From Methylococcaceae bacterium (GTDB lineage: Bacteria; Pseudomonadota; Gammaproteobacteria; Methylococcales; Methylomonadaceae), in contig OMIH01000083.1 of NCBI GenBank assembly GCA_900299045.1, forward strand, positions 1 through 51,005: 51,005 bases of DNA, written 5' to 3'. Within the stretch, counting starts at the first letter, position 1. The number at the start of each line of letters is the position of its first letter. Under the pieces are notes generated by a model. The model saw nothing but the letters and a program-made list of their open reading frames with translations, did no database searches and was not told where the DNA came from. This document shows, piece by piece, positions 21,282 through 32,985 of the stretch. The position numbers and the translations under genes were made by a program.

Positions 21282-21329
21282 AAAAATAGCCTAATTCAAT
21301 TTTAGATAAAATGAGAAAGCGCTGCGAAA

Positions 21330-21920
21330 TCACGTTGCAAGTAATTCAATCTTTTCCATAATCTCTTGATTAGAATCCGTGTTCATTAACATGAGTAATT
21401 TGCAACCATGAAGGGACACGCCACTAATCATTAAATTAACCTGTGTGACAAGTACATGCTCTGCATGACTGTCTTGCATAATGAGCGCAACTACCCCATC
21501 ATTTGAATATTGTTGATAATGCGTAACGGTGCTTTCTAATAGGATATGCAAATCATCTGCAATAGCCGATAAGCACGCATTCACCATAATATTGCCAAGT
21601 TCACACATTGCTTCTGATTCCACGTCATTTAAGCCTTGCGCATCCATTTCATCGCCTAGCACTTTTTGCAAAATCCGCTGCACATTTTCTGCTGTAAATA
21701 ACAATAAGACTTTAGCGTTTAAACGCCCTGTAAACTCTTGCTCAATAACACCATAATTTTCAGCGTCTAGTTGCAGCGATTTTGCATCAATAAGCACTTT
21801 ATCCAGCCAATACGGCTGTGATTCACCTATCACGTCGTGAAAACCCTGCACAGCACGTCCAGTCCCTCTATTGATAATTTTAGCTAATTTCTCAAAATGA
21901 CGTTTGCTGAAGGTTTCCAT
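21330..21920 (-). CDS. CheC/CheX-like protein (putative CheY-P phosphatase family)
   Basis: The block SEAMCELGNIMVNACLSAIAD resembles the CheC-family ExxN helix. It lies 1 nt downstream of a CheY-like gene. ATG 21920 or GTG 21923 could be the start. The assignment rests on motif resemblance only. Confidence 0.5.
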   Translation of the reverse strand: METFSKRHFEKLAKIINRGTGRAVQGFHDVIGESQPYWLDKVLIDAKSLQLDAENYGVIEQEFTGRLNAKVLLLFTAENVQRILQKVLGDEMDAQGLNDVESEAMCELGNIMVNACLSAIADDLHILLESTVTHYQQYSNDGVVALIMQDSHAEHVLVTQVNLMISGVSLHGCKLLMLMNTDSNQEIMEKIELLAT

Positions 21921-21924
21921 CACA

Positions 21925-22290
21925 TTACGCGCCTAGAAAATAATCAAGAGCAAGCGCAACAGACGCTTGTGTGACGGGTTTAGCCACTAAAATAGTCCCT
22001 AACTCATGTGCTTCATTTTGATAGGATTCCTGCACATTTGCTGAAAAAATAACTAAGCGAATATCAGGATGCACCGCTAAAATTTGTTTGGCTGCTTCTG
22101 TGCCAAGCATACCTGGCATGTTGATATCCATGGTGCAAAAATCAGGCAATTCGTTTTCAATTAACGAAATAGCTTCTTCTCCGCTGCCAGCTTCTTGAAT
22201 AACCCAATCTGGATGGGCAGCTTTCACATGTTGACCAATAAAAATGCGTGACATTTTGCTATCATCAACAATCAATAATTTTTTAGACAT
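21925..22290 (-). CDS. single-domain CheY-like response regulator
   Basis: Receiver signature LLIVDDS ... MDINMPGM ... SA ... KP. 121 aa with no output domain. Confidence 0.88.
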   Translation of the reverse strand: MSKKLLIVDDSKMSRIFIGQHVKAAHPDWVIQEAGSGEEAISLIENELPDFCTMDINMPGMLGTEAAKQILAVHPDIRLVIFSANVQESYQNEAHELGTILVAKPVTQASVALALDYFLGA

Positions 22291-22362
22291 GGTAATCTCG
22301 CTTAACGTGGATATAAAATTAGGATATAAATAAAAAAATAGGTAATAGTCATGTTCAAATTA

Positions 22363-23136
22363 TTACATAAGTGGCAATAATTGGTTAAAAATTTTTCCGT
22401 TCGTAACTAAAATTTGTTTCGGAAAAATGCCCTCGTTTCCTTCAAAATCAGTGACCGTTGCCCCTGCTTCTTTTGCAATCAATGCGCCAGCAGCAACATC
22501 ATATAAATTAAGCTCTTGCTCCCAAAAAGCATCTAACTGACCATCTGCAACAAGACAAATATCCATTGCAGCCGACCCTAATCTACGCTGTCCTGTTGTG
22601 GCTTGTGCAATGCGGCAAAAACGCGCTAAGTTATTATTTTCTAAATACGAACGCAAACACGCAAACCCCGTCCCAATCATCGCTTCATCTAAATTATCAA
22701 GTGATGATACATGGATTGCTTTATCATTACGCCAAGCCCCCTGACCTTTTAATGCGCAGTAATAATCATTGAGCGCAGGTGCATATACCACACCAAAGAC
22801 AATATCTGCATCAATTTCAAGCGCGACACTAATTGACCAATAATATTGACCACGCGAAAAAGAATGTGTGCCATCAATAGGATCGACAATCCAACGTGCA
22901 TTTTGATTTGCGCTTTGACCGTTTTCTTCTCCCCAAAAACCGTAATCCGCATAATGCTCCCCAAGCTTTTCTTTTAAAAAATTCTCTACAGCCACATCTG
23001 CAGCCGTCACAAAATCACGGGGGCTTTTTTTATCTACATTGATATTTTTTAAATCATCAAAATAGCGCAATGCTATCTCGCCAGCTTGGCGAATAAGGGT
23101 TTCTAAAGTCGTTTTGTCGATGGATAGTGGCGTCAT
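22363..23136 (-). CDS. inositol monophosphatase family protein (SuhB/CysQ-like)
   Basis: Motifs GEE, WIVDPIDGT, and GSAAMDICLVADG with WEQELNLYDVAAG. Confidence 0.85.
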   Translation of the reverse strand: MTPLSIDKTTLETLIRQAGEIALRYFDDLKNINVDKKSPRDFVTAADVAVENFLKEKLGEHYADYGFWGEENGQSANQNARWIVDPIDGTHSFSRGQYYWSISVALEIDADIVFGVVYAPALNDYYCALKGQGAWRNDKAIHVSSLDNLDEAMIGTGFACLRSYLENNNLARFCRIAQATTGQRRLGSAAMDICLVADGQLDAFWEQELNLYDVAAGALIAKEAGATVTDFEGNEGIFPKQILVTNGKIFNQLLPLM

Positions 23137-23190
23137 TGCATGATTATCAGTTGTTTTAAGTAGGGCTAGAATAGCACTAATTAGGTAATT

Positions 23191-25871
<2,681 letters not shown>

Positions 25872-25935
25872 TTACTAAAATTACGCAAAAAATAAACAAA
25901 AACACAAGCTAATTTGTATTAAAATAGCGAAAGAA

Positions 25936-26198
25936 ATGATCCGAAAGCAAATATTCGCGTATTTGTTCTTTATGCTAAATATGACTACATCAACGGTAGC
26001 ATCAGCGCAGAGTTTACCTCAATTTTTAGCAACAGTATCGCCTCAGTACAACAAATTTTACGCTATCAAAATATGTCTATTCAAAGTTACGATGTGTTCA
26101 ACGCGCGTTGGCAATATGTGCAACAATTCAAATGGAGGCATCCTGCACTCCTAGATGAAGCGAGTGAATTGATGCGTAGACTTGCTTATCAATTTTAA
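25936..26198 (+). pseudogene. collapsed remnant of a TonB-dependent receptor paralog (signal peptide joined to the last ~50 codons, itself frameshifted)
   Basis: 25936 opens with a signal-peptide-like MIRKQIFAYLFFMLNMTTSTVASAQ. Positions about 26060..26198 in another frame read LRYQNMSIQSYDVFNARWQYVQQFKWRHPALLDEASELMRRLAYQF*. That is clearly homologous, in DNA and protein, to the 3' end of the downstream receptor (LRYQNLPVKGAEIGLGLYDVFNARWQYVQQYNGGHPALPAEARELMLRLSYQF*), including the terminal TAATG. Confidence 0.65.
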
Positions 26199-26210
26199 TG
26201 GAATAGAAAT

Positions 26211-28242
26211 ATGACCGTGCCATTCTACCGATATTCGTTAAAATTCATTTTTTTGACCGCCATCCAGTGCAGTGCCGCCTTCGCGGAGCGCACAAGCTGT
26301 CAACCCATTCCCGTCGTGTGGACGATACGTCAATTGAAGAATTAATGGAACTTCCTGCTTTTTTAAGCGTGTCGCAACAAGCCGCCTGTACAAATGAAGC
26401 GGCAAATGTTGTCACCTATCTTGGTCGAGAGCAAATATTAACTAACGGTGCGCAAGATTTAGTCGATGTACTTCAACTGGTACCCGGTTTCTTTTTTGGT
26501 AATGACATGGCAAATACCGTATCTGGGGGTGTTCGTGGAATTTCTGCAAACGATGGCAAAATGTCCGTCTTTATTGATGGCATTATGCTAACTGAGCGCG
26601 AATTTGGAGAGAACGTCTTTGGTGGACATTACCCCATTGAGCAAATTGATCATATTGAAATTATTCGTGGTTCGAGTTCGATTATGAACGGCAATTTTGC
26701 TGAAATGGGTGTCATCAATATCATTTCTAAAAATGCTAAACAAATAAACGGACTTGCTATCACCACCGATTATGGTCGTTTTGAACGCGGTGAAGCACGA
26801 AAAAACATCAATGTTGCCGCAGGTAAAGTATTTGATGAGCTTGAAGTGAGCTTTTCAGGCAAAGCTAACGAATCACAACGCAGTGATCGACGCTACACCG
26901 ACGCGCATCATAGCAGTTTTGACATGGCAAATAACAGTCAACTTGACTCACTTTACGGTAATGTCGAAGTCGCTTATAAAGAAGCCAAACTTCGCCTTAT
27001 ATTCGATGACTATCATATCGAGGCACGAGATGGTTTTTCCGATGTGATGATGCCTAAAAAGCGTTTTATTTCAAATGAGTTTTCAACACAAGCCGCAAAA
27101 TTAGAGTTTGAGCATCCCTTTAATACGCATTTCAAACTGAACGCGGACGCCAATTTTTCACATCAATCGCCTTGGGAGCGTTTGCGACATTACGAGGATG
27201 GGACACCCACCAAACAATTAGAAAAAGTCGTTATTGATAATTATAAAGTGAACACAAAAGTCACGTGGACTGATGATTCAGGTAGCTATTTAGCCGTTGG
27301 AAACAGTTATCAAACTGATCATTATGCTTTTATTATTAGTCCAGCAAAACCGCTGGCTTTCGATAATTATACCGCTTATACAGAAGGCGTTTACAAAACT
27401 CCTTTTGGCGATTTGTTAGCGGGACTTCGCTTTGACTACTACAACAAATTCGGTACGAATTTAGCACCGCGCGTGGCTCTCACCAAACAATTCGACCAAT
27501 TTCACTATAAATTGCTCTACACTCACGCGTTTCATACGCCCACCGCGGGAAATTACCAACTCAACGTCGGCTACAATGACATAAATACCGTAGATCGTCA
27601 CTTAAACCCACTGGCACCTGAATTAACACAAACGTATGAAATAGAACTGGGGTATCGTTTTTCTCACCATCTCGATTGGACGTCAAATATTTTTTTACAC
27701 GCATCAAGGATTTACTTACCTACAGTATTGATGCAAATTATGACGATTTTTATATCAATGGTTCTGAATCAGATGTTTATGGTGGTGAGTCGAGCATTAA
27801 GTATCAACATGATTTCTTAGGTAAATTTGAGATGAATTATTCCATCTATCAAGCGCACCAACATCAGCCATCACACAATTACCAAGCCTTTGAAAATGGA
27901 CAGCTCATCTCCTCTAAAATAAACTTAGGCTTTCCCACGCATAAAGCTACACTCAATCATACGTTCAACTTTACCCCTGATTTTTCGTTTAATCATTCGG
28001 TGATTTTCTTCAGTGATCGCTTAGGATATAGTGGTGAAAATGTGGTGCATTATTCACCTGAATTTATTTACAATACCTTTTTGCGCTATCAAAATCTGCC
28101 GGTGAAAGGCGCTGAAATTGGACTTGGACTTTATGACGTTTTTAATGCGCGTTGGCAATATGTACAGCAATACAATGGTGGACATCCTGCGCTACCTGCT
28201 GAAGCGCGTGAATTGATGTTACGCTTATCTTATCAATTTTAA
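26211..28242 (+). pseudogene. TonB-dependent outer-membrane receptor, interrupted by at least two frameshifts
   Basis: The signal peptide MTVPFYRYSLKFIFLTAIQCSAAFA is in frame 0 from ATG 26211 and stops at 26343. The plug and barrel (DDTSIEELMELP..., IEIIRGSSSIMNG) are in the 26267 frame. The C-terminal barrel is in the 27676 frame and ends in the aromatic terminus SYQF. The second shift sits at the T7 run 27690..27696. Confidence 0.8.
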
Positions 28243-28784
28243 TGACACACTATGTACTACTCGATCGTGATGGCGTGATTAATCATGATTCAGAAAATTT
28301 TATTAAATCACCAGACGAATGGCACGCCATTGATGGCAGTTTAGAAGCCATTGCACTCTTAAATCAACATGGATTCCGCACGGTTGTCATTAGCAATCAA
28401 TCCGGTTTAGCGCGAGGTTTATTTGACGAAGCGACGCTTCATTGCATTCATGAAAAAATGTGTAGCAGCGTGAATGAAAAAGGGGGACATATTGACGCTA
28501 TTTATTTCTGTCCGCACCACGCAACGGATTTGTGCGACTGTCGAAAACCCAAAGCCGGTTTATTAAAACAATTTGCCGCTGACAAGCAAGTGGCATTAGA
28601 CAACACATATTTTATTGGCGATTCACTACGCGATATTAAAGCGGCGCAAAGTGTCGGTGCTACACCTATTTTAGTGAAAACAGGCAATGGCAAAACAACG
28701 CTACATAATAATCCGCAATTTCTAACTTCACTTTTAATTTTTGAGAATTTATATGACGCAGCAAACTACCTCATCACTCGATAA
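28242..28784 (+). CDS. gmhB: D-glycero-beta-D-manno-heptose 1,7-bisphosphate 7-phosphatase
   Basis: HAD motif I LDRDGVIN. GmhB Zn-loop FCPHHATDLCDCRKPKAG. GDSLRD motif. Confidence 0.85.
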   Translation: MTHYVLLDRDGVINHDSENFIKSPDEWHAIDGSLEAIALLNQHGFRTVVISNQSGLARGLFDEATLHCIHEKMCSSVNEKGGHIDAIYFCPHHATDLCDCRKPKAGLLKQFAADKQVALDNTYFIGDSLRDIKAAQSVGATPILVKTGNGKTTLHNNPQFLTSLLIFENLYDAANYLITR

Positions 28785-29499
28785 TAGAAAAAAAAATTAT
28801 TTAGGATCGAGCCTTCTTTTCTTTAGTATTTTTTTTACAGCCACGATTGAAGGTATTATTTTATTTTCATTTTTTTGGGCACCTTTCAATATCCGCTATA
28901 AACTTGGACGCTTTTGGTGTGTCCTCATGCTTTGGTGCATGAAACTATTTGTCGACTTAAAATACGAAGTAGAAGGTCTTGAAAATGTGGATCCAAGCCA
29001 ACCAGCCATTATATTCAGCAATCATCAATCGGCATGGGAAACATTAGCGCTACGCGTCATCCTGCCACCACAATCGGCAGTAATGAAACGAGAACTACTC
29101 TATTTACCGTTATGGGGATGGTCGCTACTGCTGCTTAAATCGATTATCATCGACAAACGCAATGCCCGTGCTGCCTTAAAAAATCTGGTACAAATTGGTA
29201 CACAATACCTCAAAGAGGGACTGTATATTTTGATTTTTCCCGAAGGCACGCGTGCAGGTGCGCGGGAAGTTAAATCATTTAACATTGGTGGGGCGATGCT
29301 TGCGCAAAAATCGGGTTACCCTGTTATTCCTGTGGTACATAATGCCGGTGATTTTTGGCCGCGTTATAGTTTTTTAAAATATGCGGGAACGATAAAAGTT
29401 AAAATTGGCAAACCCATTCAGACCACAGGTCGCAAAGCCTCAGACATTAACGCTGAGGCAGAGGCGTGGATTCGAGAAGAAATGCGCAAGTTTGATTAA
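28753..29499 (+). CDS. plsC: 1-acyl-sn-glycerol-3-phosphate acyltransferase
   Basis: Acyltransferase motifs NHQSAWE (NHxxxxD/E type), FPEGTR and a PV-containing block IPVVHN. N-terminal TM. ATG 28753 chosen over TTG 28741. Confidence 0.85.
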   Translation: MTQQTTSSLDNRKKNYLGSSLLFFSIFFTATIEGIILFSFFWAPFNIRYKLGRFWCVLMLWCMKLFVDLKYEVEGLENVDPSQPAIIFSNHQSAWETLALRVILPPQSAVMKRELLYLPLWGWSLLLLKSIIIDKRNARAALKNLVQIGTQYLKEGLYILIFPEGTRAGAREVKSFNIGGAMLAQKSGYPVIPVVHNAGDFWPRYSFLKYAGTIKVKIGKPIQTTGRKASDINAEAEAWIREEMRKFD

Positions 29500-30389
29500 A
29501 CTTTGCAATAAGATGGCACCCAACTTCTCGCCATCATCGCGTCAGGTATGGCGTTAAAATCAAATGTTTCGCCATCTTTAATCATTTGAGGGATATCAAA
29601 TAAATATTTAACCTCTGGAATATCATCAAAAAATAGCGTGTAAAAAGGTTTTACGAGCCATTTTGAGATTTTAATACCTACATCACCGATGAAATTGCGA
29701 CGTTGCCCAACGTGCGCAATTTCATCAATGGTGATTTCATCTAGCAACGCTTTCAAACGTTCGCGTACTTCAGGCTCATCAGCGAGTACCTCGTCAAATA
29801 AACGATGCAAATGACAATAAAACGTAACGCCCATCAATTCAGTTACGAAAGCAGGTGTATCCATCAAAAAACCAGGGAATTTTGGAAATTGTTCGTAAAC
29901 CTTTTCTTTCCAAGGCGACAAAGGTACCCACTCAACTTTATCAAGACCGCAAGTTAGCAACATTTCATCAAACAAACGGACATGACAAAATTCCTCCGCC
30001 AAATGCACGCGGCTAATTTTATCTTCAATATGATGTGAATTCGCCATAGTAGGAACCACATCCCAAGCGCCTTTAATACCAACCCACTCATGCCGCGCAA
30101 ATTTATAAATTCCCGTCAGCATTAACGTCATACTATCAAGCGACTTAGGGTCATCTTGCATTTCAACATAATTACGATAAAACGCATCGGGATTTGCGAG
30201 TGGTTTGCGCAATTTTACGGGGTTATTTTTAAAATAGGCTAATTTATCGCGTTTAATGGCTAAATCTCGATCATCTTCCAATAATTCGCCACCATGTTGT
30301 TGAGTAAATTTCCAATAATCCTCAAAATTTTCTTTACGTTGCTGCTGTGTTGAGGGTGAAAATATTGAGCGATATTTAGCAATTGTCAT
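29496..30389 (-). CDS. ferritin-like diiron-carboxylate protein (putative oxygenase/desaturase-like), function unknown
   Basis: Two ExxH motifs (EEFCH and DEIAH) about 80 aa apart, each preceded about 40 aa upstream by a candidate single Glu (ARHEW, VTELMG). This is the E / ExxH / E / ExxH pattern of four-helix-bundle diiron enzymes. The family assignment is an inference. Confidence 0.45.
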   Translation of the reverse strand: MTIAKYRSIFSPSTQQQRKENFEDYWKFTQQHGGELLEDDRDLAIKRDKLAYFKNNPVKLRKPLANPDAFYRNYVEMQDDPKSLDSMTLMLTGIYKFARHEWVGIKGAWDVVPTMANSHHIEDKISRVHLAEEFCHVRLFDEMLLTCGLDKVEWVPLSPWKEKVYEQFPKFPGFLMDTPAFVTELMGVTFYCHLHRLFDEVLADEPEVRERLKALLDEITIDEIAHVGQRRNFIGDVGIKISKWLVKPFYTLFFDDIPEVKYLFDIPQMIKDGETFDFNAIPDAMMARSWVPSYCKV

Positions 30390-30450
30390 GCGTTGGTATC
30401 CAGAGATTGATGTTAATAAACAAGCAATTCTACAGGAATTGGTTAATTAA

Positions 30451-31956
30451 TTACCAACTTTGCATTTCAATAATGAAATTCTCTGTGTTTTTTTCACCGC
30501 GTGCAGCATCATTTCGAAGCGCTTCAATACGTTCTAAATAGGCATCATCAACATCGCCTGTAATATATTCATGACTAAAGCATGACGTATCAAAATGCAA
30601 AATATCAGGGTTACCTTTTTGCACCGCGGCAATTAAATCCTCTAAATCTTGATAAATCAGTTTATCTGCACCAATAGCCTCGCACACTTCTTGTTCGGTT
30701 CGATTGTGTGCAATCAATTCATGTGCAGCTGGCATATCAATACCATAAACATTAGGATAGCGAACTGGCGGCGCAGCTGAAGCAAAATAGACTTTTTTCG
30801 CACCTGCTTCACGCGCCATTTGGATAATTTGTGCAGACGTGGTGCCGCGAACAACAGAATCGTCCACTAATAATACATTTTTTCCATTGAACTCTAAATC
30901 GATGGCGTTGAGTTTTTGACGTACCGATTTTTCACGCATTTTCTGACCGGGCATAATAAACGTACGTCCAATATAGCGATTTTTAATAAACCCTTCACTA
31001 AATTTAACACCTAATTTATTTGCCATTTGCAGTGCTGCGGTGCGACTCGTATCAGGAATAGGAATGACGACATCAATATCATGATCCCCCCATTCACGCT
31101 GTACTTTAGCCGCTAACTTTTCGCCCATACGCAAACGCGCTTTATATACAGATATGTTATCAATAATCGAATCCGGTCTTGCAAAATACACATATTCAAA
31201 AATACAGGGGCAATGATCGACCACTGTTGCGCATTGTTGCGTGTGCAATTTACCCGATTGTTCGATAAAAATAGCTTCTCCGGCGGCAATATCGCGTGTC
31301 ACATCAAAGCCTAAAACATCCAGCGCAACACTTTCAGAGGCAATCATAAACTCGCTACCTTGCTCACCTTTACGCTCACCAAATACCGCTGGTCGAATGC
31401 CATGCGGATCACGAAAACCTAAAATACCCACACCAGCAATCATAATCACCACAGCGTACGCGCCTCGACAGCGACGATGCACGCCTTTTACTGCGTCAAA
31501 AATATCCGTCACACTCAAATCTAGCTTATGCAAACTTTGTAATTCATGTGCAAATACATTGAGCAATACTTCAGAATCTGAATCGGTATTAATGTGACGT
31601 TGATCTTCTTCAAATAAAGCTTGCTTGAGTTCTTGTGTATTGGTCAAATTACCATTGTGCGCAAGTGTCAAGCCAAAGGGAGAGTTTACATAAAAAGGTT
31701 GCGCTTCTGCTGAACTGGTGCAGCCTGCCGTTGGATAACGTACATGCGCAATTCCCATATTCCCACGCAAACGTAGCATTTGATTATTGGTAAACACATC
31801 GCGTGTTAATCCATTATCTTTGCGCAAATGCAATCGACCGTTTTCACACGTTACAATGCCTGCGGCATCTTGCCCACGGTGCTGAAGCACGGTGAGTGCA
31901 TCATATAAATCTTGATTGACCGCTTGATGAGAAACGATAGCAACAATACCACACAT
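30451..31956 (-). CDS. purF: amidophosphoribosyltransferase
   Basis: N-terminal nucleophile MCGIV, a glutamine amidotransferase type-2 domain, and the PRPP-binding loop [13 protein letters not shown]. Confidence 0.97.
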   Translation of the reverse strand: MCGIVAIVSHQAVNQDLYDALTVLQHRGQDAAGIVTCENGRLHLRKDNGLTRDVFTNNQMLRLRGNMGIAHVRYPTAGCTSSAEAQPFYVNSPFGLTLAHNGNLTNTQELKQALFEEDQRHINTDSDSEVLLNVFAHELQSLHKLDLSVTDIFDAVKGVHRRCRGAYAVVIMIAGVGILGFRDPHGIRPAVFGERKGEQGSEFMIASESVALDVLGFDVTRDIAAGEAIFIEQSGKLHTQQCATVVDHCPCIFEYVYFARPDSIIDNISVYKARLRMGEKLAAKVQREWGDHDIDVVIPIPDTSRTAALQMANKLGVKFSEGFIKNRYIGRTFIMPGQKMREKSVRQKLNAIDLEFNGKNVLLVDDSVVRGTTSAQIIQMAREAGAKKVYFASAAPPVRYPNVYGIDMPAAHELIAHNRTEQEVCEAIGADKLIYQDLEDLIAAVQKGNPDILHFDTSCFSHEYITGDVDDAYLERIEALRNDAARGEKNTENFIIEMQSW

Positions 31957-32067
31957 TATTTTTACCTAAATTTGAAGAAGAAAGTTTTAAGGATAAATGG
32001 TTGATAGCTCACTGTTACACGATACGCATATCATGTAACAGCGTAGACACAATTTGAAAACAAGATG

Positions 32068-32985
32068 TTATTCTGAAACTAAAATAGATTTGATATTTTG
32101 CTCGTCCATTTTTCGCTTCATTGCTGCAGCGCGTTTACCATCAAGTTCAGGCCCTACGCGTAAGCGATAGCTGACGCCTTTTTCAGTTTGAACGGGTTCA
32201 AGCAATGCCGGCAACCCTTCTTTTTGTAAACCTTCAAGTAAGGCGGTTGCATTTTCTTTTTTAGTAAAACTACCGACTTGGATATACCAACGCGAGGGAG
32301 TTGTCGCTTTAGGTGCACTTACCGCAGCCGCGATTTTTTTCGCGTCGGCAGTTGCGCTATCTGCTACAGGCGCAATTGCTTTAACAGGGGGTGTACTCAC
32401 GCTGTCAACGAGTTTTGCGGCATGGACTTGTTTTAATAACTCTTCTTCGAGTCTGCTACTAGGTTTTTTCGTTTTTGTTTCGACTGCACCTAAATCCTCT
32501 TCTGCTACAGTCACCGCCGGTTTTTTAGGCGCTAATTTAGGTTTCATGGGCGGCTCGTCATCGACCTCATCGCCACGAATATCATAATTTGTTGTTTCGG
32601 AGTAAACCGGTTTTTCACTTCGTGGTTTTTCGTGAACCGGTTTGACCGCTGCGGGTGCTACCACAGCCTTGGTCACAGGCGCTGCTGCAGGTGAAATGTC
32701 TTCCATCTCATCAGGGCGCAATGTATTAGGTGTAGACGTATTGAGCGACGCAACCGCTGTCTTATTATTTTGAGGAGGCAAGGCTAAAACTTGCTCTGCG
32801 CTAACAGGCAATTTTGCGGGTGGCTCTTCCATAAATTGACTTTCAACAGGCAAACTCAAATTACTCACCACCTGCCCTTCTTCCTCAACACTGTCATCAA
32901 ACAACATCGGTATAAGTATTGCCGACAATATTGTGACCACAAATGCACCCATTAAACGTTGTTTTAACTCATGATCAATGTTCAT
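32068..32985 (-). CDS. SPOR-domain cell-division protein, DedD-like
   Basis: N-terminal TM (MGAFVVTILSAILIPMLF), a P/A/K-rich linker and a C-terminal SPOR domain (RWYIQVGSFTKKENATALLEGLQKEGLPA...YRLRVGP). Position folC-dedD-purF as in E. coli. ATG 32985 lies 8 nt after AGGTGA. Confidence 0.75.
   Translation of the reverse strand: MNIDHELKQRLMGAFVVTILSAILIPMLFDDSVEEEGQVVSNLSLPVESQFMEEPPAKLPVSAEQVLALPPQNNKTAVASLNTSTPNTLRPDEMEDISPAAAPVTKAVVAPAAVKPVHEKPRSEKPVYSETTNYDIRGDEVDDEPPMKPKLAPKKPAVTVAEEDLGAVETKTKKPSSRLEEELLKQVHAAKLVDSVSTPPVKAIAPVADSATADAKKIAAAVSAPKATTPSRWYIQVGSFTKKENATALLEGLQKEGLPALLEPVQTEKGVSYRLRVGPELDGKRAAAMKRKMDEQNIKSILVSE

Noticed and set aside
30425-30460. Imperfect AT-rich palindrome TTGGTTAATTAATTACCAA overlapping the purF stop
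   Set aside because: It is made entirely of weak A/T pairs with a central mismatch and overlaps coding sequence. This is not enough to call a terminator or operator.
31241-31597. 118-aa + strand ORF inside purF. The same reasoning applies to the other short internal or antisense track ORFs (e.g. 1248..1469, 1670..1975, 3143..3406, 3952..4212, 4193..4831, 9323..9545, 10062..10461, 12576..13063, 13904..14571, 24196..24393, 25144..25419, 33560..33853, 34307..34963, 48225..48808, 49953..50384).
   Set aside because: All lie within, or antisense to, strongly supported conserved genes and have no motifs of their own.
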